From the human T2T-CHM13v2.0 reference genome, Homo sapiens: a stretch of DNA of 64,000 nucleotides. The notes beneath the pieces are model-generated. The model was given only the letters and a program-made list of their open reading frames with translations. It searched no databases and had not been told where the DNA came from. The DNA lies in assembly GCF_009914755.1 (NCBI RefSeq), contig NC_060927.1; one strand, 5' to 3'. The translations under genes were made by a program, and so were the position numbers. The stretch's first letter is position 1; each line of letters begins with the position of its first letter. Positions 30,125 through 43,625 of the stretch are shown here, piece by piece.

Positions 30125-31214
30125 CTAAGAGAAAATAACATTTTAAAGAAATTAAATATAGTCTCAGAATCAACCATTTATATTTCAATAAACATATCCA
30201 GCCTGTGCATTTCTAGTCCAAAGATCCCCCAACAGTCAGAGACATTTTTGTAATGGACTTTCTTTCTATTAAGCTGATAACATTTCAATTTTGACTAGAC
30301 CTGAGGTAATGAAGTCGTGATCCTCTTTATCAGAGAAGATAGTAATCTGCTTTCCTTACTCACCATTCAGCTTTAGTGTCTAGAGGCCATTCCGAAATCA
30401 AATTCTGAAAATAAACTTACGAATCTTTCCCATTTAGATGAGAAAGCTGATTTTACTAGTCATGGTGCTCTGACACTATTTACTATATGAAAAGAAACAT
30501 TTTATAATATAGCAGCTTTCATTTAGCATTCAGAAAAGAAGCTCTACCAGCCATTATGGAAAATGTTAATTTCAACAAATTACTAGAGCTGTGCTTTTAA
30601 TGCCATTAGTCCTTTGCTTTCTTTTTTCCCAAACTACTGTGTATATTTTTATAGCTAAACACAATTATTGATAGATTACTAAAAAAAAAAAAAAAGAGCA
30701 CAGGTTAAATATAAATCTACATGCACACTTTGAAAGGAAGGCAACAAGACAAATGCTAGAAGGGAAAGGATTATACACAGCAGTTCAAAAATGAGAAATT
30801 TTATAGTGGCAAGTGGACTGCTAATTTCAGCTCAAGATATTTAAGAGATTCATAGGTTAAAACCACCTAGCTAATATGACTTTGGAAACCAAAATAATGA
30901 AAGAAAAATAATTACATAAATGCATAGCTAGGAAGTTCTCTAAAGCAATATGTAGATTTTAAGGAAGCTTAAAGCATTTCTTTTTCTGTTTAGGTATTGA
31001 TTACCATTGTATAAATGTAAATGTATTAACAATATGTTAAATTTAAATGCTGCTTTTCATAATCAAATGGGTTGAAGTTTATCAAATGTATATTCAATAC
31101 TGGCCATCATGCATACATTCATTCATTCATTCTACAGCCACTTGCATAACATCCAGGCTCCATAACGGCAATGGAACTTCACTGGCAAAATCCTGCTCTC
31201 AAGGAGTCTATTGT

Positions 31215-31375
31215 CTATGGTCTACACCTGTACATTAAAACCACCTGGGGAACTTTAAAAAGCATCACTGCATACCAGATCAGAAACTCTGATTCAATTG
31301 GCCAAGGAAATGGATCTTTAAAGAGCATCACAGGTGATTTAAATTTACAGCCTGACCTATGACCTGCTGGTCTAG
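31215..31375. mobile_element. MER5-type hAT MITE
   Basis: acattaaaaccacctggggaactttaaaaa...ctctgattcaattgg...caggtgatttaaat. Confidence 0.6.
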
Positions 31376-32569
31376 ATGAAGAAACAGACAAGAAACAGAT
31401 AAATGCTAAAAAATGTTTCAAGTTTAGAGGAATCACCTTTGGGTACTGTGGAAGTACAGAGTGGAAAACCTGAAATCCACTTGCTGGAGTGGGGGATTGG
31501 GTTAGGGAGTGGAGGAGCAAGGGGCAAGTCAGGATTCACAAAGGAGGTGATAACTGGTCTGGAATTGAAGATGGAGACATGTATTTATTATGAGGTGTAC
31601 CCCAAGCCCTTTCACTTGTTATCTCATTTGATCTTTATGAAAACTCTGTGAAATAATGTTACCAACATTATTTTACCAACGACAAAATTGAGTTTGTAAT
31701 CAGCTAATAATGTCCCCAAACTTACAGGTTTGAATCCTTGACATAGACAGCCACATCATAAGGTCTTCCTCTATTCCTGCACAGCATTCCAGACAACTAA
31801 CAGTTCACTTAGAAAAGTACTTGGAGAATATTCCAAGAATGAGAAACAATACAAAGTTTAATGAGCCTGAGCGCAGAGTATTTGAAGGGACAAATATGGT
31901 GGGATATCAAATGAGTAGGCAAGCTGAAGATGGAATTTTAGAAATCTCTGGTAAGCAGCTCCAAAGAATATTGAGTAATTATAAAGTCAGTTTTACTGGG
32001 AGAGGGCCCACAGCTTTCATCAATTATCATTGGGGGCCAATGATTAATCCAAAAGGCTAAAAACATTATTATTGTTCTTAATAAGGAAAAGAGTAATACA
32101 GTGTTTTTTGTCAGTTGGCTTGTAAAGATACTTCTTGCAGCAATGTGGAGAACAAACTGGGGTTTTGGGAGGACCATTTGGAGGCTTCAGACTAGTCCAG
32201 GTAAGAGATTCTCAACTAACAAAATAGTTCTGGGGGTACAAAGGAGGGGAGCAACTGAAAGACAGGGCCATGATTTAGCAACATGTGTATCTCAACAAAG
32301 AACTGATAATGAGCATGTGATCCTTTTAGCCCTTTTTTTCCTGAAATTACAACTTCAATGAGACAATTTCTTAAATGAAGTAAACCTGTATTTATGCTAC
32401 ACATTTTCTCTCAGTGAAATCAAAATTACCTTAAATATTGAATTACCATTGTGAAACTACTGTGTAATTTCTAAGACCAAATGATCTGGATCTTTGAAAT
32501 AATGTAACAACACATTAATTAGCATTCCATGTCATTAACTGTGTTTCTATTTGATTGTGTTTGTGCACT

Positions 32570-32830
32570 ATACATGGTTGTTAGGAGCACTGGATCTGGA
32601 GTCAGGATGCCTAAGTTTGAATGTCAGCTGCCTCACTAACTATTGTTCTACCTCGGACATTAAGGGCAAGCACATTACTTACTTTTATGCTTCAACTTCC
32701 TCATCTGTAAACCAGAAATATTCATAGTAACTACTTCAAACCATTGTTACGATGTTTAAACAAACTAATATTTTTAAAGCATTTATCACAGTGCATGGCA
32801 TAGCCATAAATCATAAAAGTTAGGTAGTGT
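32570..32830 (+). mobile_element. MIR SINE
   Basis: gttaggagcactggatctggagtcagg..cctaagtttgaat...cttcaacttcctcatctgtaaa. Confidence 0.75.
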
Positions 32831-32980
32831 TACTATTCCATCTAAGCTTCATTTGCCTGACCTCTTACTTAGGCTTGTATCACTGTGCATATCCAAATCA
32901 ATTTAAGAAAAATAGTATCTTGCTTTCCTCCAACTATGACAGTGAATGTAGACAATTAAATTTTAGAAACCTGATTTTAG

Positions 32981-33276
32981 GGCCGGGCGCGGTGGCTCAC
33001 GCCTGTAATTGCAGCACTTTGGAAGGCCGAGGCGGGCAGATCACGAAGTCAGGAGATAGCGACCACGGTGAAACCCCGTCTCTACTAAAAATACAAAAAA
33101 TTAGCCAGGCGTGGTGGCGGGTGCCTGTAGTCCCAGCTACTCAGGAGGCTGAGGCAGGAGAAGGGCGTGAACCCGGGAGGCGGAGCTTGCAGTGAGCCAA
33201 GATAGCGCCACCGCACTCCAGCCTGGGCTACAGAGCGAGATTCTGAATCAAAAAAAAAAAAAAAAAAAAAAAAGAA
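32981..33276 (+). mobile_element. AluY with a 12-bp left-arm deletion (Yd lineage / Repbase AluYc-type)
   Basis: gacca|cggtgaaacccc lacks tcctggctaaca; perfect 16-bp TSD agaaacctgattttag (32965-32980, 33277-33292); long A tail. Confidence 0.92.
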
Positions 33277-33483
33277 AGAAACCTGATTTTAGATGCACAT
33301 TGAAATTTTGAATTATACTTGTGAATTTCTCACAGAAGTGCTTAGGAAGTTGGATTACATTCATTACAGATAAAATCATGAAAGTGTAATTTTCCAAGCT
33401 TGTGTGAAAATTTTGATAGTAGTCTTTTAAGAAAAGGTTAAAGATTGTGCAGGATTTTATTATTTCTATTAAAAAACATTTTT

Positions 33484-33762
33484 GGATTGATTGATTTGTT
33501 TGTTTTTATTATTTTAAATTGACGCATAATAACTACATAATTATGGGGTACCGTGTGATATTTCAATACACATACACGATGTATAATGATCAAACAGGGT
33601 AATTAGCATATCCATCACCTTAAACATGTATTATTTCTTTATGTTGAAACATTCAAAATCCACTCTTCTAGCTATCTGAAAATACACAAGAAGTTGTTGT
33701 TAACTGTAGTCACCATATAGTGCTATAGAACACTAGAACTTATTCTTCTGATCTAGCTGTAC
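33484..33762 (-). mobile_element. L1MA-type 3'UTR-only insertion
   Basis: Reverse L1MA 3' end (gggtaattagcatatccatcacc...ctcttctagctat...agaacactagaacttatt); TSD taaaaa(a/g)catttt. Confidence 0.82.
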
Positions 33763-35129
33763 TAAAAAGCATTTTCTGAGCAGCTATTATATGTTAGCCA
33801 TTTCAGTACCAAAAGATGATACTTTTTATTTCCCTAACAGAAATAAAAGAGCCATGTTCAAAGAAAAGACTTGATTACCTGTTCAGGGTGGGCATCACCC
33901 ACATTACAAAGCATCTAATCATTCACCACTGTTATCTAACGTAGATACTCAATGAGGAATTAGTAATGTTCACTTTTTGCCATTTTGTACTCTTTCCCCT
34001 GCCCACCTGACTGAGCCCCAACATACTATTCATCAGTTTTTGTCACCTTTCTCTGCTTATTTAACAATTTCTCGTGAAATCTAAGTCAGTCATGACAACA
34101 GCATATAGCTAGTCTGATTTCATTTTATGGCAGTCGGCCTCACGGTGCAGTTTGCAGGAAAACAATGTGTTGAAACTGACTATGTCTCAAACATCCAACC
34201 AGTATTAGCCAGAATCTACTCTCACTATGACAATATTGGAATACAAGAATAACAATATAGGGGAAAGGGCGTTCAAAGTTTAGTGAAAGAGGAGTGCATT
34301 TAACATTACTTGGCAGATGAAGAAAATGGATTCACTACACGACAATGGAACTATTTTTGGCAAGTTGTTTTCATCAGCAATAAAGCCCAGGAATAAGTCT
34401 TGGCGTCACATGTCTATGCCACCTTTTAATGATACCAAATCTCTTTAAGTTTGCAGTTTATTTCTGATTATCTCTTATCAGGCTAGACTTCAGCTGATGA
34501 GGACGGGGCCCTGACAGTCTGCAGAGTGAAAATGGTGCTAACAACCACACTCCAGGACACATGGGCCTCCTCAGTAGATCGTTGTTCTGATGAGAACAGT
34601 CTCTCTCTCATGTGCTTCAGTTAATAACTGTTTAGGAATATGTGTCTCCTTTTTGTTTCTCTCATCTGAAGCTGTCAGAGCTAATCAGACAATTCTAAGA
34701 CATGTGAGGCTGTATTCATGTCACCTAATTGTCTTATTGCTATTCCAATAACAGTAGGCACTTTAGTTGTCTTTTATGTGCATTTCAAGTCCTGGGTCTA
34801 AGAAAAAAAAAACAGGAATCAAAAATTACAGCAGCAAATGCCACGAGCTAACAGAGGGTTGAGATACTTGATTCCATTGCTGTTTATAATTTTTTTTTGT
34901 TAGTGTTGTTTATGGTCCTATAATATAAAATAGGTTACTTCCTTTATTTCCATTTTGTAGAAAATCTCTAGAAGTTACATTTCAGTGAATAGGGAGGTGA
35001 AGAGAATGATGATATCTCAGAGTACAAGTACAAATTATTCAAATATTTTAGGGCAGCCATTCTTTAGTTATAAACCTTGCTTAGTGGATTTTTTCTCTTC
35101 TTCAATTAATTGGTAATTTGCTCTTTCAA

Positions 35130-35271
35130 ATTCATTATTTGAATGTACTGAATACCTGTAATATGCAAGGCCCTAGATCTAGACACTGGTGATCCAGCAG
35201 TGAATAAGTTCTGCTCTTGCATTTTGTCCAGGGAGAGAGGCAACAAGATCAGAAAAAAAAAAAAGCATATC

Positions 35272-35312
<41 letters not shown>

Positions 35313-35720
35313 ATATGTAAAATGCATGTGTATATATGTAATATAGTGTGTGTGTGTATATATATATATGATGTTTGGTGGTAACAAAGGTTATGGAGGA
35401 AAATATAGCTAAGAAGGAAGCAGAGGGCTTTTGTCATAGGTGCAAAATTGGGGAATCTGGGAAGGTCTCCCTGAGGAATCATTTGTAGAGACATAACTGA
35501 GATGAAGAAGTAAGCCAACCAGATACTTGGGTGAAAAGAGCTGCAAACAAAGGAAACAGCAGTGCAAAGGCCCTGAGGCACAGTGTCCTTGGCACATTCA
35601 AGGAATAGCAAGGAAGCCAGCAAGGCTTAAGCAGTGTGAGGGAAGGGAGGAGCCATTGCCTGTGGTCAGTGCACAGAGATTCAAAACAATCCAAAACTAC
35701 CAAACTCCCATAAGAACTAG
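35130..35720 (-). mobile_element. L2 fragment containing a (CA)n microsatellite (35277-35310)
   Basis: cagtgcaaaggccctgaggcac..tgtccttggcacattcaaggaatagcaaggaagccag, typical of reverse L2. Confidence 0.7.
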
Positions 35721-38700
35721 GGAACAAATTTCAAAAGTAGAAAAAAAAAACTTTCCTCTTTTTCACTAATATTAATTAGCATTTACCCTTGCTTTATTTC
35801 ATGTATCTTTATATATAAGATCATTTGTTCTTAACAAAAATTCTACAAGGGATGTATTATAATTAGTATTTTATAGATAAGAAAGCTGAAACTTAGAGGA
35901 ATTGAATCACCCACTCTGTGTAAAGTACTGAGAACTCTGCCTGACTCTGAAACTCTACCAATTCTCTTATTCTAAAAATCTACTTCTAAAAACAGTTGAG
36001 ACTGTGATGATGAAAGAGGCTGAGGAAATGGTCCTCTCCTACGCTGGTTTAGTGTAGCTTTATGGAGAGCATTTGGCAATATTCGTCAAGATTACAGATG
36101 TAAATATTCTCTGCCCCAATAATTCTAACTATAGGAATTTATCCTATAGATATTTTCTCATCAGTGCAGAGTTCTAAGGACAAGGTGAAAAACTGCTACA
36201 TTATTTGTAACAAAAACTGCTGGAACCAACCTAAATGCTCAAAGTTTGGAATATGCATGCAATGAAATACTATGCATCTGTGAAAATGGACAAGGTTACT
36301 CTTTAGGTAATGAGATAAAACTATCTTTAGGATGTATTGTTACGTATAAAAGCAATGTACAAAGCAGTTCGTACATATAAAATGCTCTCATTTTTGTAAA
36401 AAAAGCCTATAAAATAATATATATTCTTAAATATTGAGTTATTAAATATTACATATCTATTTCAAAGAATAAGTTTACGCTGCAACAACATGGGGGTTAG
36501 AGATGCCTACCTGCCACACAGTTAAAAATTCATGTATAATGTCGATCCCAAAAAAACTTAAGTACTCATATTCTACCGTTGACCAGAAGCCTTACTGATA
36601 ACATAAACAGTTGATTAACACACATTTTGTATGTAAGAGTTACTACATACTGTATTCTTACAACAAAGTAAGCTAGAGAAAAGAAAATGTTATTAAGAAA
36701 ATTATAAGAAAGAGAAAATATACTTACTATTTATTGAGTGGAAGTCAATTATCATAAGGGTCTTCATTCGTGTCGTCTTCACATTGAGAAGGCTGAGGAG
36801 GAGGAAAAGAAAGGGTTGGACTTACTGTCTCGGGGTGACAGAGACCAAAGAGGTGGAGGAGGTGGAAAGGGAGGCAGGAGGTCAGGAGAGGTGGGCACAC
36901 TTGGTGTAACTTCACAGAAATATATTGTAATTTCTGTCGGACTTTTTGCTCTTTCTTTTCTCTAAAAATGTTTCCAAACAGTACCAATCCCTCTTCCAAT
37001 ATTTGCTTTAGTTTCAGTGCCCATAGTGTAGAAAGGTCTATGCCATAAAATAAGTCAAAAGCAGTCTTGAATAATCAGAACGCTTCTGCCAGATTGTCTA
37101 ATGTCCATTATTGTCTAACGTCCCTTTGTTTTCTGGCACTGCTTCTTCTATGTCTTCTTTCTCAGTCACCTGTTTGAAAGCACTCATCTTCATCAAGTCA
37201 TCTTCTGTTCATTCCTCTGATTTAGTGTTTATCACATCTTGAATTTCCCCAAAATTCATATCTTGAAACCCTTCACCTCTTCCCCATTCCCACCTTTTTT
37301 GCCATGTTCACAGTCTCTTTCATGATTTCCTTGATTGGCTCTGTTGTAGATCCTGTGAAGTCATGTGCAACACGTGGACACAGTTTTCTTCAGCAGGAAT
37401 TTATTGTTTCAGGTTTGAGGGCTCTCATGACTTTTTCTATAACAATGATGGCATCTTCAATGGTGTGAGCCTTCCAGGCTTTCATGACGTTCTCTCTACT
37501 CTGATTCTTTTCCATAGCATTGACGGTCCTTTTCATAAAGTACCAGTACCATGTGTAATGAGCCTTAAAGGCCCTCATGACCCCCCTTGTCTAGAGGCTA
37601 ATTTAAAGATGTCGTGTTTGGGGGCAAGTAGATCACTTTGATGCCTTTAGTCTTGAAATCATAAGATTCTGTGGGGCCAGGGGCATTGTCTAATATCAAA
37701 AGAACTTTAAAAAGCAGTCTCTTACTGGTAAGGTGCTTCCTGACTTCAAGGACAAAGTATTGAAGGAACCAGTTCAGAAAAAAACATTCTCATTGTCCAG
37801 GCCTTCATGTTGTACAGCCAAAAGAATAGCAGCTGATGTTTGTCTTTTCCATTTCAGGCTCAGAGGTTAGCAGCTTTATAGACAAGTGCTGTCCTGATCA
37901 TAAACCTGGCTGCATTTGCACAAAATAACAGAGTTGGTCTATCCCTTCCTGCCTTAAATCCTGATGCTTGCTTCTCTTCTTTATTAATAAACATCCTTTG
38001 TGGCGTTTTTCTTTTCAGAACAAAGGCATTTTCATCTGCTTAAAAAATTTGTTCAGGCAGCAATCCTTTCTTCTCAATTATTTCCTTAATTGTGTCTGGG
38101 AACTCATTTGCAGCTTCTTGATTGGCAGAATCTGCTCCTCCTGTTATTTTGGTATTTTTTGTACCAAATTATTTTCTAAAGTTATCAAACTATCCTTTGC
38201 TGGCATTAAATTCCCCAGCTTTAGATATTTCACCTTTCTTTTGCTTTAAATTATTGTATAATAACTGCTCATTCTCTAATCATATTAGTCTATAGGTATG
38301 CCTTTCTTATAGCAACCTGCACCCACATAAGACCTGTATTTTCAATACGAGGTAAAAAGGTATTTCACAAAAAAAGTATATGGTTTTTTCACCTGCTGGT
38401 GTAACTACGGCAGTGGTTTCATTAATTTCTTTTTCTTTTTTTATGGTGGTCCTAATGCTGGATTCATTTATATTGAAATGGCAAGCAACCACAGCTGCAG
38501 ACCTCAACCTATGGTACATATCAAGCAAATCAACTTTTTCTTGCAATGCCATGAGTTTTCTCTGCTTCTTGGTAGTACTCACAGCATCCCTAGTGGCACT
38601 TCTTATGAGTTCCATGATATTATTCAAAGTTTATGGTACTGCAATAAACAAGATAAGAAATATGCAAGCAGCTCAAGAGATCACATTTTACTGAGATGGG

Positions 38701-38842
38701 TAATTTAATGTAGAGAGCAACTGCTCATTTGGAGATAAGTATCACATGGCATTTTAAACAAATGCAACACTTGAGCTCACCACAACAGCAACAGGGGGTG
38801 GCTATGAAATCATTGCAGCAGTGCAGTATGTACTACAGTTAA

Positions 38843-39143
<301 letters not shown>

Positions 39144-39446
39144 TTACAGTTAATTTTACACAGTTATGATTTAATACTGTATCTTTTTGTTTACATTTCT
39201 CTTGACTGCAAGTCTGTGTTTGAATACGTAAGTTTTGATACATTTTAACTTTTTGTAATAGATTTGTGTATATTTTATTGTACTAACTAATAAAATAGGC
39301 TAGTACATACGTATCTTTTATGCATTCATTCTATGTATAATATTTTCTTGATTTTTTTATATTTCTGGGCAATGTATCTGTATTTTTTTAAATTGTTGCA
39401 AATATCCAAAAAAAGTTCCAATATATTCATTTTTAAAAATCCATGT

Positions 39447-39594
39447 GGAGCTGGGCACAGTGCCTATGCCTGTAATCCCAGCTACTCAGGAAGCTGAGGC
39501 AGGACAGTCACCTGAGGCCAGGAGTTCAAGGCTGCAGCGAGCCATGATCATGCCACTACACTCCAGCCTGGACACAGCAAAAAAAAAAAAAAAA
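39447..39594 (+). mobile_element. Free right Alu monomer (FRAM/FAM-like) nested in Tigger2
   Basis: Single monomer with ggagttcaaggctgcagcgagccatgatcatgccact and an A tail. Confidence 0.78.
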
Positions 39595-40654
39595 ATCAGA
39601 TACAGTGCCCCCTCGCAGTTCAAACCAGTGATGTTGAAGGATCAACTGTCTATATAAAGAAAAATATATATTCACTTGTTTAAGAGTAGAATAGCCCTTA
39701 AACATTGTGGAAGTCGTAAAACTCGTTGTCTACAGGACAGGAAACTGAGTAGGCAGTGGCATGAAGATAAGAGAAAATATATGCCACCTATCTTTTTGTT
39801 GTTTTGAATTTTTCAACATGTAAACACGTTATTTCTTCCAAACTAATCACATTAAATAAATGTGTATCTGTTCGTACATGTATGTGTGCATGTACATGTA
39901 TGTTTTAGTATAACCTCTAAAACTAGTAACTTCTTATGTTTCCATCAAGTGACTACAGCACACAGCCTCAGAACTGACATATAACCAATTACAGCTTTAA
40001 GCTAGCCAAAAAAAAAAAAAATCACAACTGTATTAACAGAATGGATGTCACTTGGTGCCCAGCAAAGAGGCAGGAAAGGAGAAAATTTTCATTGTGTAAA
40101 TCTGGTTCTGTTCAAAAAAGAAACTCATGGATTTTGCACTAAATGTAAGCCCTGAAAAGGTAGACTGTCTTGTACGATGGAGATAAATTTCCCTCAAGCC
40201 TGTCCTCTTTTCTCCAATTTTACAATTACCAAGGGAACCACCAATTGAATTGTTTGGATTCCCAAATACCCTCAATTTCCAAAAAATTATGTGCAGAAAA
40301 GAGGACAAAAGATATGCTATCAAGAGAAAATTATACCTCATCCCTCATTTTTTAAATAATGGAAGGCCACATGTTTATTATAAATTTTGGATATGCATAT
40401 GTATACATAGAGCTGTTTGGACTGCAATAATCTAAATTAAGATAAGGTAACTATAAATTGTAAATAAGGTTAAGGGTGGAAAAGTTTACTATAAAATTTT
40501 GAATATGATGGCATAGATAATAACTTTGTACAGATGCTATACATGTATACATAATGGAATTTTTTAACAGGAAAGTTTTTTAGTGTTTACCTTTGGTATA
40601 TTTTTATATTGTGTCACAGCAAAGAAACAAAAAGCTGCAATTAAATGATGATAA

Positions 40655-40940
40655 GGCCGGATGCAGTGGCTCACGCCTGCAATCCCAGCACTTTGGGAAG
40701 CCAAGGCAGGTGGATCACGAGGTCAGGAGTTCGAGACCAGCCTGACCAACATGGTGAAACCATGTCTCTACTAAAAACGTGAAAAGTAGCCGGGCATGGT
40801 GGCGCACACCTGTAATCCCAGCTACTCAGGAGGTTGAGGTAGGAACCCAGGAGGCGGAGGTTGCGGTGAGCCGAGATAGCACCACTTCACTCTAGCTTGG
40901 GCGACAGAGAGAGACTCCATCTCAAAAAAAAAAAAAAAAA
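40655..40940 (+). mobile_element. AluS with a small right-arm deletion
   Basis: Dimer with aggaacccagg lacking ~10 nt; imperfect TSD aaatgatgataa / aaaagatggtaa. Confidence 0.92.
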
Positions 40941-43207
40941 GATGGTAAATATTTGCTTGTCAGTGAATGTTGAAGCAACCAAAGGTAAGGGCACCACTCT
41001 ATGGCTGTGACCTGGACCAGCCCCCATTTTTAATAAATAATTTGGCAGTTTGTAGATAGTATAATAATCAAGCCTCAAGAAACAGCATCACTCCAGATAA
41101 AGTGAAGAGGGTCTAGTATTCAAATTTGCAAAGCCAGCATGCTTCTGGATTATGAAAAACCCCACAGAGAATCTCAGGAGATCTCTTGGAATAAGCCAGG
41201 TGAGCACTGTCTGACCTATCTCTTCATGTAACCAAGTATGTGATTAATATATTAGAGGTTAGAAGCAGGATAAAAAAGTAAGATTCTAGGGGGCAATTTA
41301 TTTATCAAATTATCTGATATTGCATATCCTTTAGCCTAGAAACTTACTCCTAAGAATTTACCTTGAAGAGATATAGTCATAAATATAAATGTATTTATCT
41401 ACAAAAAAGTCATAATAGTGAAGTCTACATCAAGGGAAATGGATCAGTAAATTACGATACATATATAGAATGGGCTACTATGCTGCCTTTTAAAAATGAT
41501 AAAGTAGTTCTACATTTAGCCTCAAGGAAATATATTCTAACATATTATTGAATAGAAAAGTATGTTACAGAGCCTTGTTTACGTAAAATAGTCTATGCAG
41601 AGAAAGATGTTTAGAATATGTTGATATCAGCAATAGTTTTGTATTTGAGCTTTACTGCATTGCTTTAATTTCTTACAATAATCATGTAACATTTTGCATG
41701 CAATTACCAAAAAAAGTTATTTTGATAAGAAAAATTGTAAATACCATTTACTCTATTAAAATTTGATGACACCTAAATGTCTACCTTGATTATAAATGTG
41801 TCCAAGGTTCCCAACAAACTGAAACATTATCTATTTTACAAAAATACATCAACCTACATCATTAGGATGAGAATCATAGTGATAACACAAGTATATTATC
41901 TATTCTAGTTTCTATGTCTAGAAATACATGTTTTAAAGTTTCCTAAATTCATGAGTGTTCTTTTGTTTTCTTGTAAAAAGCTTCATTTAAGAACTAAGTG
42001 CAAAGATGGTTCATTAGATCTGCCTCCAGGATATTGGATTGCTTTAATTCTTTCAAAATTGTACATTCCAGGGGACTCCTTCATCCAGTCCCAACTTGCT
42101 CTGCTGCTGGCTGTGAGGGCAAACTTTGCCAGGTGAAATAAAGTATATGATTTCCTTTAAAAGGCTTTGCATGGCTTAACATCACTTTCCCAGACTAGGA
42201 TTCAAGGGTATCAAAAGACAGGAAGATAAATAAAAGTCACGGAAATGTTCCAAGCTGCTTTTATATAGGAATTATATTGGGTCCCCACTGAAGTCCAAAT
42301 ACAAGGAAATAATAAAGTGTAGGCAACATGTTGAAATAACAACACAAGGGAAGGTTTTCATTAAATTCAAGCAAAGGGAAAATGTTCAAGAAAGACACCA
42401 AGCCAAATAACCAAAGATCAAGAGACCATGGGCTGAAAAAGCATTGCTTTCTGTTACACTTGGGATGAAAAATGGCAATAATTTATTATGTCTAGTAGTC
42501 GAGCATTCATTTTGTGCTCAGAACAGTGTTAGGAGCTGTGGGAAAATACAAAAATGGAACAAAAGGATCTTCCCCTCACACCAAAAACATAGGAAGAGAG
42601 AGAAATAAGTTTAGTTAAGTGTTTTACTGGGAAAACAACTAAAAAATGCGACCAATGCTCAGGAAGAGGAGAAGTAAGTGTGGGTTGAGATGGCTCTGGA
42701 GACTTCAGGGAGCTGAGGACCAAAGCTGAGTCTTGCCACTAAATGTTTACAAGACGAAACTGCAATGGCGAAGAAGAGAAGGAGGAGGATAAACAACTTT
42801 CCCACCTCAAGGGACATTCCTGAGGAGAAGCAGAGGTAGGGAAAAACTGCAGTTCAGGGTACCCTCCCCTTTCTAATTCTTCCTAACATTTGTCATCACA
42901 TGCCACATTGTTAAAATAAAGATTAAGGAATCTTAAGAAGTTAATAAGAAAAGGAGATGTCATAAAGCAGCAACATTCGCCCTCTTTGGTATGGGGGACT
43001 TTAAAGACCCTTACAGGGCTGGCAGCATGGGAGACAAGAGGACACTTCCAAGATTTCAGTCCTAACAAGGCAATGCCAGGGAGGCACGTGCTATTCCCAT
43101 TACTATTCCTACACCCCCACAGACACACACATTTTAAGAAGCTGGCAAACTAAAGCTCAGACAGGCTAAGCAGTCTGTCCAGTATTTGAATTCACATGTT
43201 TCCAACC

Positions 43208-43288
43208 CAGCAGTTCTGAAAACTTTTGGTCTTGGGATTCCTTTGCATTCTTAAAAAGTATTGAAGAATCCAAATAGCTTTATGTGGA

Positions 43289-43330
<42 letters not shown>

Positions 43331-43625
43331 CACAAATAGATAGATCTGTATTTTTATACTTATTTACCATATTAGATATTTATAGGGAGACATTAAAACA
43401 CAAGAATATAAGAGCACACATTCCCTTAGCCATAAGAACAATGCTGTTATCACACAACACACATCATGCAGCCTCTAGAAAACTCCACTGTACACTTTTG
43501 AGAGAGTGAAAGTTTAGAAAGCAAACAATAAATTAATATTATGATGAAAATAATTTTGACCTCCCAGATTCCCTGAGAGAATCTGAGTCTCCCAGAGGTC
43601 CAAGATCACACTGTGAAAAACATTG
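43208..43625. mobile_element. hAT-Charlie-type MITE containing (CA)n (43291-43329)
   Basis: Ends cagcagttctgaaaactttt and cacactgtgaaaaacattg resemble CAGTGGTTCTCAAA-type TIRs; subfamily not assigned. Confidence 0.65.
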
